From contig CAZQUL010000001.1 of assembly GCA_964596525.1 (NCBI GenBank), forward strand, positions 678,509 to 742,508: 64,000 nucleotides of DNA, given 5' to 3'. The notes beneath the pieces were generated by a model that saw only the letters and a list, made by a program, of their open reading frames with translations, was not told where the DNA came from and searched no databases. A program made the position numbers and the translations under genes. Below are positions 1 through 9,987 of this stretch, piece by piece; position 1 is the first letter of the stretch; every line of letters begins with the position of its first letter. Source of the DNA: an uncultured Gammaproteobacteria bacterium (lineage in GTDB: Bacteria; Patescibacteriota; Patescibacteriia; Magasanikbacterales; GWA2-37-8).

Positions 1-3000
1 CGCGACGAAAACTGCCGCAGCACCACCCCGGTTCTTACCACGACCGACGTTTATTTGGAAAAAGAAAGCAATTACACGGTTCTTAAGATCGCCAACTCGC
101 GCGCTGGATCCATTCCGCTTGAACAGGGGACGCTCTACCAGGTAATCGTTTCGGCGTCGAGCACTAATCCGTTTGCTAGCACGAACCAGATCTGGTCGGC
201 GGCGCGTCTCAATGACCCAACCACCTTCAGTCGTCCATACAACGGCGCTTTTACCTGGCGCTTTAAGACCAAGCGCGACAGCTGTCGTATTGATCGGGTA
301 GAAATCAGCCCGAGCGAGTATGTGGGCCAGAACATCAAAGACCGTTCGTCGTTTGAGGCGGCAGCCTTTACGTCGCCGGATAGCTGCAGTGCCCAGGGCC
401 AAAAACTCAATCCGTGGCTCGTTGGCTGGAATTGGACTTCGAGCGATGAAAAAGTAGCTACTCTTTCCACCTTCAATACGAAAGGAAAAAATCCCTCCTG
501 CAGCGCGGAATGTGTCCGTCGTGGCAGTGCAGTTCCAGCAGGCACTTCGGCTACGGTTCCTTTGTGTGGCAATGGCATTATCGAAGCTGGTGAAGATTGC
601 GATCGACCGGATAAAGCCAAAGGTTGCAGTTTGGATTGCCGTTTTATGGGTTCTACAGGAGCGACGTGCGGAAATGGTACGGTTGAGAAGGACCGTGGTG
701 AAGCCTGCGACCCCAAAGACCCTGCCACCCAAATTGGTTGTAGCTCGGACTGCCGCAACCTAGGTGCTGAACAAAACGTTTCTTCTCGGGAGGTAACCGC
801 TTCAATTTGCGGTACCGGTGTTATGGGTAGCGGTAAAGATTGCGATGTGCAAATCCCGGGACAGGTGAGTGATCCGCGTTCGGCACTGTTCTGCTCGGAA
901 AAATGCCTCCATCAGGGTACGCCGCTTTCGAGCGCGTGGTGCAGTGATAATCGCCTTACCAAAGGAGGTTTCACTACGATTGAATACGATGCGGCGTGCT
1001 CTAAGGCCCTTAGCCAGTGCGGTAACGGTTTTTTGGAACCAGAAGAAGATCCGGGTTGCGATGGTACGAACGGTTGGAATAAGGCTGAATGCAATGAATT
1101 CTGCAAAAAAATGACTGCAGCCGAGTGTATCGCTTCGTCCGAAGGTTGCGATCCGCAAGGACGTCTCCTTGGTTCGAGCTTGTCGTATTCTATTCCTTCG
1201 GTCTGTGGTGATGGAAAAGTAGGTATCGGTGAAGTGCCGATGTGTGAAAACAATTTGGTTTCATCAAATCGTGACGGGCTTATCGATCCGTGGTCGTTGG
1301 CCATTGGCCAAGGTCTTGGTATGCCAAGCGGTGATCCGCCGACCCAGAAAACGATCGTTACTGGTGGAACCTCGCAGCAGACGACTGGCGGAATCAAGTC
1401 TGGCCAGGCCACCTTCGCGTTAATGTGCGGCTACAGTACGGACAACGAATGCCAAGCAGTCTTTGGTAATGATTACGGCGTAGGAGCTAACACCTGCTGC
1501 ACCAAACGTTCGTCCCTGATTTCTACCTATCCAGCCAACGGTACTACTAATGCATGTCCTAATACATACCTTGAGGCGCTTTTCGATAGTCAGATTGATC
1601 AAGTTACCCTCAAAGAAGGTATCGTGATTGCTCGTGGTGCCGATGATTGCGGTTCAGCCGAAGAGGTGACCGGAGTTGTTGCGGCGTTAACTGCGCCGCG
1701 CGCCAGCGAACGGTGGTACGCCCGTGCGTGGAATGAAGTCCGTTCGTGGTTTGGTACGAGTGTTACTGCTGCGCCGACTAAGTGGTGCGTGGCACCCGAT
1801 ACCGCCACTGCCGAAGTCGTTCCTGCGCCAGAAGTGTCGCCGCAGGCTTCGCGTATCCGTGTCAAACTTACTAAACCGCTGGCACTGGATACTGATTATG
1901 CCATCGTTCTCAAAGATAGTATCCGCACGACCGCGGGTGTGAGCGTCGGCCGCACTGCCGGTAAGTTCCTTTCCTGGAAATTCAGCACGGTGACCCAGAT
2001 TTGCGAGGTAAATAGCGTTGCTGTAGAGCCAAAAGAATGGTCGTTTACCCGTGCCAATGCCACAACGACGCTTGCCGCTAAAGCGAAAACCAACAACGGC
2101 ACGTTCATCCAGGGCGTCCCAGGAGTTTATGACTGGAGTTACGTGTGGGGTCCGTTTAATGACGCTTCGGTAGCTGTACAAAATACGAGCTCTTCGGCCA
2201 ACATCATCACCGCGCAAAACAGGAATGGTGAAACCATGGTTCGCGCCTCAGCAGTTATTACAGCCAACCAACTTACAACTGCGACCGGCACGGCAGCTAC
2301 CGGCCAATCCCGCGTGATCGTGCTTTTGTGTGAAAATCCGTGGCCGCCGAAAGATCTGCGCCTTAACGGCCAGGGACCGTTTAGTATCTTCCCGTTCGAC
2401 GACGCGGTTGGCAATAACGACGGTTTTGACCTTACGTCCAACACCTTCAACAACACCCCGTTGCCAGCATCGCCAGTAACACGCGAAGGATACTTTAATT
2501 TCAGCACTTACTACTGTGCGGATAAAGGCGTGCCAGGCACGGCCGATGACCTGCCATACTTACGCGGCACGGTTCAAATTTCGCCGACTATTGTTTCGGC
2601 TACGACCTCGCTCAAGCGCTTCTTGTTCTCTAATACTAAGAATTCCGATGTTGTTGGTATCCAAGTCTTCCCCAACCCGGGACATTTGAGTGCTGCCGAA
2701 TGGTACTCACTCGATCGTGCTCAGGGTGGTCAGGGCTTCACCGGCCAGCTCCAGAAACTCACGGTAGATGGCTACGAGGCGGTCTCGGACGGTAATAATG
2801 TCTATATCGACGGCCTCAACTACGCCGGCTCAACGAATGCGCTCTTCAGCAATATTTATCTGGTGAGTATTAATGCGAATGCGCAGGCCGATACGCGCGC
2901 CGTGTTCGATCAGATACTCAAAAACTTCAAGATCGCTACCAATCTCACTAATTATGGTTACTGCGGTGTGAACGCTGATAAACCGTCCTTTACGACGCAG

Positions 3001-6000
3001 TGTCGTGTTGATCTTGAGTGCCCCTCAGGCCAGGTCTGTTCGGCGGTCGAAGACAAATTACGCCGCAACTACCAGCGTTTGCGCGGCGCCCGTACCTTGC
3101 AGAACGCACTTAGTGCTTACAGCGCCGCCACGAATGGCACCTATCCGGAATTAGCCGAAGGTTCATACCTTAAAGGCCAAACGCTCAGCACCTGGCCGTC
3201 GTGGTCCAACTTGGCTACGGCGCTCCGTACCGATTTGCCGGGCGACCCGATTAATGCTTTAGCTCCAGCTGGAACGTGTGAGCGCACCACAAACCGCTTC
3301 TGTACCCAGAACGCCGAATGTCCGACCGGAGAAGCGTGCGTTATCCATGATCAGCAAACTGCATGGAGTGTTCAGGATCGTCGCTTCAGCTTTGCGTGTC
3401 CCACGTCTTCGCTCGCGTATCGCTACATTTCTATTTCGCCAACCAAGTATCTCGTTAAAGGACGGCTCGAGGATGCTGGTATTTCTCTCAGTAATCTTGA
3501 TACGCTTATTCGCGACTTCGTTGATCCGTCGTCCTTCATCTTTACAGATAAGAACGGTATCTGTAATCAAGATCAAGAAATTTCTACGCTCAACCAGGGC
3601 CGCTGCGGTGATGGTGTTATTAACTACAGCCGCGGTGAAGAATGTGACCCGGTAGGTTCGCAGCGCTTTGGTGCATGTTCGGCTGAGCAGGCTGGCCGTA
3701 TTCGGGTCGATGTATGTTCCTCGAGTTGTACGTTTGTGCCTTCTTCCACGCCGTTTATTGCCTGCTCGGCGTTGAGCTCTTGTGGTAACGGCAAAGTGGA
3801 AGCTGGTGAAACCTGCGACGACGGTGTCTTGAACGGTACTTATAACCATTGCTCGAAATCGTGTACGTATCCGCCGGCCGATCCGCCGGGGTACTGCGGT
3901 GATGGAAAAGTTCAGGGGGCCAATGAAACCTGCGATATCCGCGCCGGTTTGGGTGGTCAGCCAGGTTGGTGTCTGGGCGGTGTGAACAATGGTGCCCCAT
4001 GTACGACAAGCGCGACCTGTAACATCAAAGATGCAATGGATAATGGCGTCGCGATTTCGCTCAGCTCACAGTCTGGCGTGTGTCGTTTGGTTGAGACCAA
4101 TGCCGGACGATATGCTCCGGCGCAAGCTAATTCCTGCAGTTTCGATTGTAAAGCCCGTGGTGCGTACTGTGGTGACGGTATTGTGCAAACCCAATTTGGT
4201 GAAGAATGCGACGGTGCAGCTGCCTGCACGGTATCTGGCTTACCAGGCAGCAAACAATGTTCGAGTTCATGCCGCTTGGTGGATGCAACCGCAGCCGGCT
4301 GGTGGCGCTTCAGTGACTTTACCCGCTACTCCCGTTCGGCGACGATGGCTGATCCCTATCTTACCGTTGCCGACAGCGCCAAGGGTATCGTCGAAGATTT
4401 GGTCTGTGTTGATACAGAATGCCCCTCCTTCAGTATGGATGGTAAATTCGGAGGCGCCTTTAGTTTTAATGGTTCGCACTTCTTGAGAGGAAATGACGTG
4501 ATGACTCGCTCCGCCGCACTCAACGCCACATCGTCTTTGACGGTGGAAGCCTGGGTGTACCCCACCAATCGCGCGCCCTGGATGCGTATTCTTGAGAAAG
4601 GCGGTTACCAGCGTGACGGCGGCTATACCTTCCAGTTCGATGAAAAAGGGGAAAAAGCTTCGTTAGCTATTTGGAATGCGGGGGCATCCATGGCAACCAG
4701 CGTTACGGGACGCACCATCATTCCGCTTAACCGTTGGACGCATGTCATGGCTACGTATTTACGCACCGATGCGACGCATTCTTTGCAGCTCTTCGTTAAC
4801 GGTGAGCTCGACAATGCGGTCACGATCGATAGCGCTGGCATGCTCCTTGCTCCGTCTGACGATCAGATCATCATCGGTCGGGCCACCTCTGGTGGAAGCG
4901 GTTTTATTGGTCGTTTAGATGAACTGAAAGTGCATCTGCGCGCTCTTAACCCGATAGAAATCCAAGATCGTGCCGCGAACGAATCGGTCTGTTCGCTCAC
5001 TTCGGTGCCTAAAGTGGCGGCGGTTGCCCCAGGCGCTTCCTGCGGTGATGGCAAAGTCACCGAAGGCGAGGCGTGTGACCGTGGCGCTCAAAACGGCGTA
5101 CCGTGCGTCCCGGCGTATGGCAAATCCTGTTCCTACTGCCATAGCAGCTGCCGGGTAGTTATCGATGTTCAGTCAGCGGAATTTTGTGGTAATGCCAAAG
5201 TCGAAGCGCCAGAAGCGTGTGAAACCGACGCTGCCACTCAGCTTATCTATTCTGCGCTGCCCAACAGTACTACCAAACAAGAAAAAGACCCTCGTTATAA
5301 TGGTTACGAGGTTCTCTCGTGCGCGGACGAAGCGACAGCTCCCGATATCGTTAAGAAAGGTACTAAATCGTGTGTAAGTTCTTGCTCGGCTGTCCAATCT
5401 AACTGCGCAATTTGCGGTACCGATCTCGAACGCGGGGTAAATATTGCGGGTAGCGTCATTAACATTCTCGATCCCAAGAATCCTAATCCGCTCTATGATC
5501 AGGGGAGGATGGACTTGACGATGTCGGCTAATTCCACGGATAAGCGTGTGGGAGTTGCGGCGTGGTCGGCAGCGAGCGCTATCGAGTATAAACTCCGTCC
5601 GGCTTCGGATCCGTACTCAACCACCGATTTGGCCAAGTTGAGCACTGACAGCCGTTGTTCTTTCGGTGAAGGTCCGCTCTATACCATGTACTTCAACGGC
5701 GATAATACTCACCCGTTCAATTTCCCGGTTTTGGCTAAACCTGAAACATGGCAGAATGATTTCGTGCTTTCGCCAATTATCAACCGTAACGAGCGCCCGA
5801 ACGACATCCGTGTAGTCGTGCGCTGGGTGGGAACCGCGGTTGACTTTGTAAGTGGCTGGCAGGTGTTCCGCGCCGATCCGGATAATCCGTATCAGCTGAC
5901 AACGGTTGAAAGTACGGCGTACAGTTCCAATAATATCCGGAAAGGACCGAACTATTACGATTATCCTCCCGATATTTTGAACGGGTTGTGGTACCACGGC

Positions 6001-6345
6001 TTCACGACGACGAAAGGTAATACGAATGCCATGTCGTTCACCATCAATTCCAACGCCTTGTATAATGATAAGTATATTTTCTTCGTCCGCTTGCCGAACG
6101 ATGTGCAGGGAATTTCTCGTTTCCGCAGCAATACCCAGCTAAAGGTTGAAGTATATGTTCCAGAAGACGGTCCGGCTAATGCTTTTGCTGTACCGGCTGC
6201 GACCTTCTATTTAAACCAGGCAGCCTCCTCGGAGAATCCGAATGCTTCCTACTGGCAGGTGTTTGCCCTCAAACGTGATCCGTCAGCCCAGCCTAAAGAC
6301 CGGATTCTGCGCATCGACAAAATAACTACCGATGTGCGCCTCTAA
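1..6345 (+). CDS. Giant cysteine-rich cell-surface protein, 5'-truncated (DUF4215/Myxococcus Cys-rich repeats, Ig-like, pseudopilin-like and LamG domains)
   Basis: Frame is open from base 1. Many CG[ND]GxxExGExCD repeats; Big_5-like segment (STYPANGTTNACPNT...YAIVLKDSIR); LamG signature (LTVEAWVYP...RWTHVMATY...FIGRLDELKV). Confidence 0.85.
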   Translation, partial: RDENCRSTTPVLTTTDVYLEKESNYTVLKIANSRAGSIPLEQGTLYQVIVSASSTNPFASTNQIWSAARLNDPTTFSRPYNGAFTWRFKTKRDSCRIDRVEISPSEYVGQNIKDRSSFEAAAFTSPDSCSAQGQKLNPWLVGWNWTSSDEKVATLSTFNTKGKNPSCSAECVRRGSAVPAGTSATVPLCGNGIIEAGEDCDRPDKAKGCSLDCRFMGSTGATCGNGTVEKDRGEACDPKDPATQIGCSSDCRNLGAEQNVSSREVTASICGTGVMGSGKDCDVQIPGQVSDPRSALFCSEKCLHQGTPLSSAWCSDNRLTKGGFTTIEYDAACSKALSQCGNGFLEPEEDPGCDGTNGWNKAECNEFCKKMTAAECIASSEGCDPQGRLLGSSLSYSIPSVCGDGKVGIGEVPMCENNLVSSNRDGLIDPWSLAIGQGLGMPSGDPPTQKTIVTGGTSQQTTGGIKSGQATFALMCGYSTDNECQAVFGNDYGVGANTCCTKRSSLISTYPANGTTNACPNTYLEALFDSQIDQVTLKEGIVIARGADDCGSAEEVTGVVAALTAPRASERWYARAWNEVRSWFGTSVTAAPTKWCVAPDTATAEVVPAPEVSPQASRIRVKLTKPLALDTDYAIVLKDSIRTTAGVSVGRTAGKFLSWKFSTVTQICEVNSVAVEPKEWSFTRANATTTLAAKAKTNNGTFIQGVPGVYDWSYVWGPFNDASVAVQNTSSSANIITAQNRNGETMVRASAVITANQLTTATGTAATGQSRVIVLLCENPWPPKDLRLNGQGPFSIFPFDDAVGNNDGFDLTSNTFNNTPLPASPVTREGYFNFSTYYCADKGVPGTADDLPYLRGTVQISPTIVSATTSLKRFLFSNTKNSDVVGIQVFPNPGHLSAAEWYSLDRAQGGQGFTGQLQKLTVDGYEAVSDGNNVYIDGLNYAGSTNALFSNIYLVSINANAQADTRAVFDQILKNFKIATNLTNYGYCGVNADKPSFTTQCRVDLECPSGQVCSAVEDKLRRNYQRLRGARTLQNALSAYSAATNGTYPELAEGSYLKGQTLSTWPSWSNLATALRTDLPGDPINALAPAGTCERTTNRFCTQNAECPTGEACVIHDQQTAWSVQDRRFSFACPTSSLAYRYISISPTKYLVKGRLEDAGISLSNLDTLIRDFVDPSSFIFTDKNGICNQDQEISTLNQGRCGDGVINYSRGEECDPVGSQRFGACSAEQAGRIRVDVCSSSCTFVPSSTPFIACSALSSCGNGKVEAGETCDDGVLNGTYNHCSKSCTYPPADPPGYCGDGKVQGANETCDIRAGLGGQPGWCLGGVNNGAPCTTSATCNIKDAMDNGVAISLSSQSGVCRLVETNAGRYAPAQANSCSFDCKARGAYCGDGIVQTQFGEECDGAAACTVSGLPGSKQCSSSCRLVDATAAGWWRFSDFTRYSRSATMADPYLTVADSAKGIVEDLVCVDTECPSFSMDGKFGGAFSFNGSHFLRGNDVMTRSAALNATSSLTVEAWVYPTNRAPWMRILEKGGYQRDGGYTFQFDEKGEKASLAIWNAGASMATSVTGRTIIPLNRWTHVMATYLRTDATHSLQLFVNGELDNAVTIDSAGMLLAPSDDQIIIGRATSGGSGFIGRLDELKVHLRALNPIEIQDRAANESVCSLTSVPKVAAVAPGASCGDGKVTEGEACDRGAQNGVPCVPAYGKSCSYCHSSCRVVIDVQSAEFCGNAKVEAPEACETDAATQLIYSALPNSTTKQEKDPRYNGYEVLSCADEATAPDIVKKGTKSCVSSCSAVQSNCAICGTDLERGVNIAGSVINILDPKNPNPLYDQGRMDLTMSANSTDKRVGVAAWSAASAIEYKLRPASDPYSTTDLAKLSTDSRCSFGEGPLYTMYFNGDNTHPFNFPVLAKPETWQNDFVLSPIINRNERPNDIRVVVRWVGTAVDFVSGWQVFRADPDNPYQLTTVESTAYSSNNIRKGPNYYDYPPDILNGLWYHGFTTTKGNTNAMSFTINSNALYNDKYIFFVRLPNDVQGISRFRSNTQLKVEVYVPEDGPANAFAVPAATFYLNQAASSENPNASYWQVFALKRDPSAQPKDRILRIDKITTDVRL

Positions 6346-6355
6346 TCGCTCTCCT

Positions 6356-6775
6356 ATGAATTCACGCCTTGTCATCATCTTCATTATCATTCTGGCCGTC
6401 ATTGTCGGCGGGGTCTTCTATGCCGCCTCATACTTTGGCAAGGGAGGTGAAGAAACCGCTCAAACGTCGACGGAAACGCAGGTGCCTACTTCTGCGCCCG
6501 TACCGGTGGCTCCTTCCACTACGACCTCGACTAATTTTGAAGCGGAACGCGAGCGTCGTTATGCGATTGATAAAGATCTGGATGGCTTGACCGATAGCGA
6601 AGAGCAAACGTACGGTACCAATCCGGGTAAGCTTGATACTGACAGCGATGGTATTAATGATAGCGTTGAAGTGCGAATCCATAAAACCGACCCAAAAAAA
6701 GCGGATACCGATGGTGATGGTATGAACGATGGTGCGGAAGTATTGCGCGAAAGGAACCCTCTTAAAAAAGATTAA
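6356..6775 (+). CDS. Membrane-anchored protein with TSP3-like Ca-binding DxDxDG repeats
   Basis: N-terminal TM helix; DKDLDGLTD, DTDSDGIND and DTDGDGMND motifs. Confidence 0.8.
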   Translation: MNSRLVIIFIIILAVIVGGVFYAASYFGKGGEETAQTSTETQVPTSAPVPVAPSTTTSTNFEAERERRYAIDKDLDGLTDSEEQTYGTNPGKLDTDSDGINDSVEVRIHKTDPKKADTDGDGMNDGAEVLRERNPLKKD

Positions 6776-6822
6776 AAGAGCGTGTATTCTATCTATATCA
6801 CCTAAACCTTGATTTTCAGCCT

Positions 6823-7638
6823 ATGTTCGACGACGAAAAAAATCCTTCTTCCGCGCCTTCTAACCTACCGTTCGCTCCGGATTCGCGTTCAGGTACCCCC
6901 GCGCCCAGCGCCCCCGCAGCCCCGTCTACGCCAAACGCTCTTTCGGCCGGCTTGCTTCGCCGTAAAGACGCAGATGCCGAAACTGCCACTCCAGCTGCCT
7001 CTGCCGCTCCGGCCGCCGAAGGTGGCGTTCCCGGCGCTCCGCCGGCACAGCCGACAATGGCGGCCATGGCTTATGCTACCAAAGAGCCGGTGCTCGGAAA
7101 AATCTTGGCTACAGTTTTAACGATTGTTCTTGTCGGCGGTTTGGGTTTTGGCGGCTGGTATGGTTATACCAAAATCCTCAAACCCCTTCTTAACAAAACC
7201 CCTGGTACCGCGCCGACTACAACGGTTGTCTCTACCGATACCGCAGTGCCCACCCCGCAGAGTACGAGTTCAGCGGTTACGCCACTTCCTACGACGTCGA
7301 TCCGTAACGATATCAATAACGAAACCATCCTTTTTGGTGAGCAGACGGACACTGATGCGGATAATTTGAGCGATCGCCGCGAGCGTGAGATCGGTACTGA
7401 TGAATACGTGGCTGATACTGATCAGGACGAGCTCGCAGACGGCGATGAAGTGCTCATTTGGGGCACTGATCCGCGCAATCCAGATACCGACGGCGATGGT
7501 CATCGCGACGGTCACGAGATTTTGCATGGATATAGCCCGCTTGGCAGTGGCCGCTTGCTCGCTCCGCCCGCCACTCAGCCCACGACCTCCGCTCCGATGA
7601 GCGCCCCTGAGCCGACCACTCCGGTTCCTTCCCTTTAA
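6823..7638 (+). CDS. Membrane protein with Pro/Thr-rich linkers and DxDxDG Ca-binding repeats
   Basis: One central TM helix; DTDADNLSD, DTDQDELAD and DTDGDGHRD motifs. Confidence 0.8.
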   Translation: MFDDEKNPSSAPSNLPFAPDSRSGTPAPSAPAAPSTPNALSAGLLRRKDADAETATPAASAAPAAEGGVPGAPPAQPTMAAMAYATKEPVLGKILATVLTIVLVGGLGFGGWYGYTKILKPLLNKTPGTAPTTTVVSTDTAVPTPQSTSSAVTPLPTTSIRNDINNETILFGEQTDTDADNLSDRREREIGTDEYVADTDQDELADGDEVLIWGTDPRNPDTDGDGHRDGHEILHGYSPLGSGRLLAPPATQPTTSAPMSAPEPTTPVPSL

Positions 7639-7649
7639 ATTTTTTCGTT

Positions 7650-8954
7650 ATGATGTTCGGTAGCAAAAAAACTTCACCACCGCCGCCGGAGCAGGGAACA
7701 CCGGCTATTTCCGTCGAGGGAATGCCGCAAGAATTTTATGGTGGCGCCAACCCCGTAGTCTCATTTAAGACTGTGCCTAAAGAAGTAGTGTTTCGTCCTG
7801 AAACTCCCGAAGTCCCAGTAGCTGATAAAAAAGCATTCGAAGAGCAAACTGCAGTGGGAGGAGGGGATCCGTCGCATCCCATACACTGGTTTTCTAACCC
7901 CAAAAAACTCGCCCTGCTTTCGGCTGGTATTTTGGGTATCACCATCATTGGTGTAACGACGTATTATCTGGCCACTGCCCGCCAGAATATGACTGTACCA
8001 CCTCTTTTCACTAATACTACATCGACAGCTACTTCTACGCTTGCCGACTCCACCTCCACCCTTCCTGCCGATACTACGCCAGTTGCAACTCCTTCTGTTA
8101 CAGGAAACGAACAGCGACTCGATACTGCTTCGCTTGTGCTTACCGACGATCGCGATAACGATGCGGACGGCCTTACCGATGTGGAGGAGGAGCTTTACCG
8201 TACTGATCCGGAAGTCAAAGATACCGACCGCGACACGTATCCGGACGGACATGAGCCGTTTTACCTCTATAGCCCTACCGAACGCGAACCGGGTAAACTT
8301 ATTGAAAGTGGTTCGGTGCGGGAATATAGCAATCCGACGTTTGGCTACACGCTCTATTACCCATCTGGTTGGGTTGTTGATACGGTTGATCCGCAGTATC
8401 GTCATGTGCTCTTCAGTACGTTGCGCGGCGAGTACGTCGGTATCCAGGTGTTCGATCGTTCCGGGTCCGAGCCGTTCGAGGCGTGGATGGCTCGCGTAGC
8501 CACGACCGAGCGCTTGAGCGATTACCAGAATTTCATGTCCCGTTTTAATGAGCCGGGCGTTGGACGCCAAGATCGTTTGGTGTACTTTTACGTATCGCCA
8601 ACGCGTATTTATGCTTTAACGCTCCACAACGGTACCGAAGCTGGCCGGCCACTTGCCTACCGCCAGACGTTTACTGTTATGGCCCGCAGTTTCCGTACGA
8701 ACGACGGTGCTGAAGCGGTTAATTTGACCGCTACGCTCCCGGAACCTGAACCGCGCTTGCCGCCACTCGTCATTCCGACATCAACGCCGGAAGTTACCTC
8801 CTCTCCTGAGTTTGCACCTGGGACTTTCGAGGCAGCGGCTTCTTCGACCGCACGCGTTACCACAACCGAAGCGGGTGTTACTTCGACCGTCACGAGCACT
8901 GTTTTATCGACCACAACCGTGACGTCTACCCCAACTACCTCTTCACCACTTTAA
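7650..8954 (+). CDS. Membrane protein with DxDxDG repeats and a PsbP-like domain
   Basis: TM helix; DNDADGLTD and DTDRDTYPD; YSNPTFGYTLYYPSGW (PsbP-like start); Thr-rich tail. Confidence 0.75.
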   Translation: MMFGSKKTSPPPPEQGTPAISVEGMPQEFYGGANPVVSFKTVPKEVVFRPETPEVPVADKKAFEEQTAVGGGDPSHPIHWFSNPKKLALLSAGILGITIIGVTTYYLATARQNMTVPPLFTNTTSTATSTLADSTSTLPADTTPVATPSVTGNEQRLDTASLVLTDDRDNDADGLTDVEEELYRTDPEVKDTDRDTYPDGHEPFYLYSPTEREPGKLIESGSVREYSNPTFGYTLYYPSGWVVDTVDPQYRHVLFSTLRGEYVGIQVFDRSGSEPFEAWMARVATTERLSDYQNFMSRFNEPGVGRQDRLVYFYVSPTRIYALTLHNGTEAGRPLAYRQTFTVMARSFRTNDGAEAVNLTATLPEPEPRLPPLVIPTSTPEVTSSPEFAPGTFEAAASSTARVTTTEAGVTSTVTSTVLSTTTVTSTPTTSSPL

Positions 8955-8964
8955 TTTCCGTACC

Positions 8965-9483
8965 ATGCTTGAGGTTTATAACCAGCCACGGGTGCGCCTC
9001 CCGCTTTCGCGAGAGCGCATCGCTGCCATTGTAAGGCTGGTAGAAAAGAATCTGCGCCAGGGGAGGATCGAGGGGGAGGCGGTTTTCACTGCGCCGCGCT
9101 CCATGCAAGCGCTCAACCGTACATACCGCGGTAAAAATTATGCCACGGACGTGCTTTCTTTTGCGCTCGACGAACAGGTTGATTGGCCTGGGGAGAGGGC
9201 AAAAAAAACTTCCTTTACCGTGCAACTTTACCTCTGCCCTGCGGTTATCAAGAAACAAGCACGCCGGTTCAAAGTTCCCGAGCGCGAGGAGTGTGCTCGC
9301 ATGATCATCCATGGTCTACTGCACGCAGCTGGATATGACCATATGGTCCGCGCCGAAGCCGTCACTATGTTTACGTTACAAGAAACGATTCTAGCCCGCT
9401 TCTTGTCGCCGCGTTCGCGCCGACCTCTTTCTGTCCTCACAAAAGAAGAAATGGAGCGCCGCTTCGTAGTTCCTCATCAGTAA
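8965..9483 (+). CDS. ybeY: rRNA maturation endoribonuclease YbeY
   Basis: LNRTYRGKNYATDVLSF and HGLLHAAGYDH zinc motif. Confidence 0.95.
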   Translation: MLEVYNQPRVRLPLSRERIAAIVRLVEKNLRQGRIEGEAVFTAPRSMQALNRTYRGKNYATDVLSFALDEQVDWPGERAKKTSFTVQLYLCPAVIKKQARRFKVPEREECARMIIHGLLHAAGYDHMVRAEAVTMFTLQETILARFLSPRSRRPLSVLTKEEMERRFVVPHQ

Positions 9484-9487
9484 TACT

Positions 9488-9862
9488 ATGGGTTTATCCC
9501 GACTTAAAAAAAGTTTTTCCTACGCTCTGCGCGGTGTTTCCTATGCATTCGAACATGAACCGAACATGCGTATCCATTGCGCGGTCGGCACCGTGGTTGT
9601 GCTTGGCGCGTTCGTGTTCCCCCTTCTTGCGTGGGAGAGGGTAGTTATCATCATGGTGGTGGGAGCGGTTATCGTTGTTGAGCTTATTAATAGCGCGCTT
9701 GAGTATTGCATCGACGTCCTCAAACCACGACTCCATCCGGCTGTGGAGCGTAGTAAAGACGTGATGGCTGGAGCCGTGCTTTTAACGGTGCTTATCGCGG
9801 TTATCGTGGGTATTGTAATTTTTGGCCCGCATCTTCTGGGTGTGGTACAATTACGGTTATAA
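9488..9862 (+). CDS. dgkA: Diacylglycerol/undecaprenol kinase family protein
   Basis: SFSYALRG...EPNMRIH, ELINSALE, KDVMAGAVL; usual ybeY-dgkA gene order. Confidence 0.92.
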   Translation: MGLSRLKKSFSYALRGVSYAFEHEPNMRIHCAVGTVVVLGAFVFPLLAWERVVIIMVVGAVIVVELINSALEYCIDVLKPRLHPAVERSKDVMAGAVLLTVLIAVIVGIVIFGPHLLGVVQLRL

Positions 9863-9987
9863 CGTTCGGGAGCGGTAGCTCTTTAGCTAGTTAGCTTATG
9901 GGATTTTTTCTTTAAAATAGCTAACCAGCCGACGAGCTATACGAGGAGGATGATTATTTATGTTTAAGTCTGGGTAATAAGAAAGAT

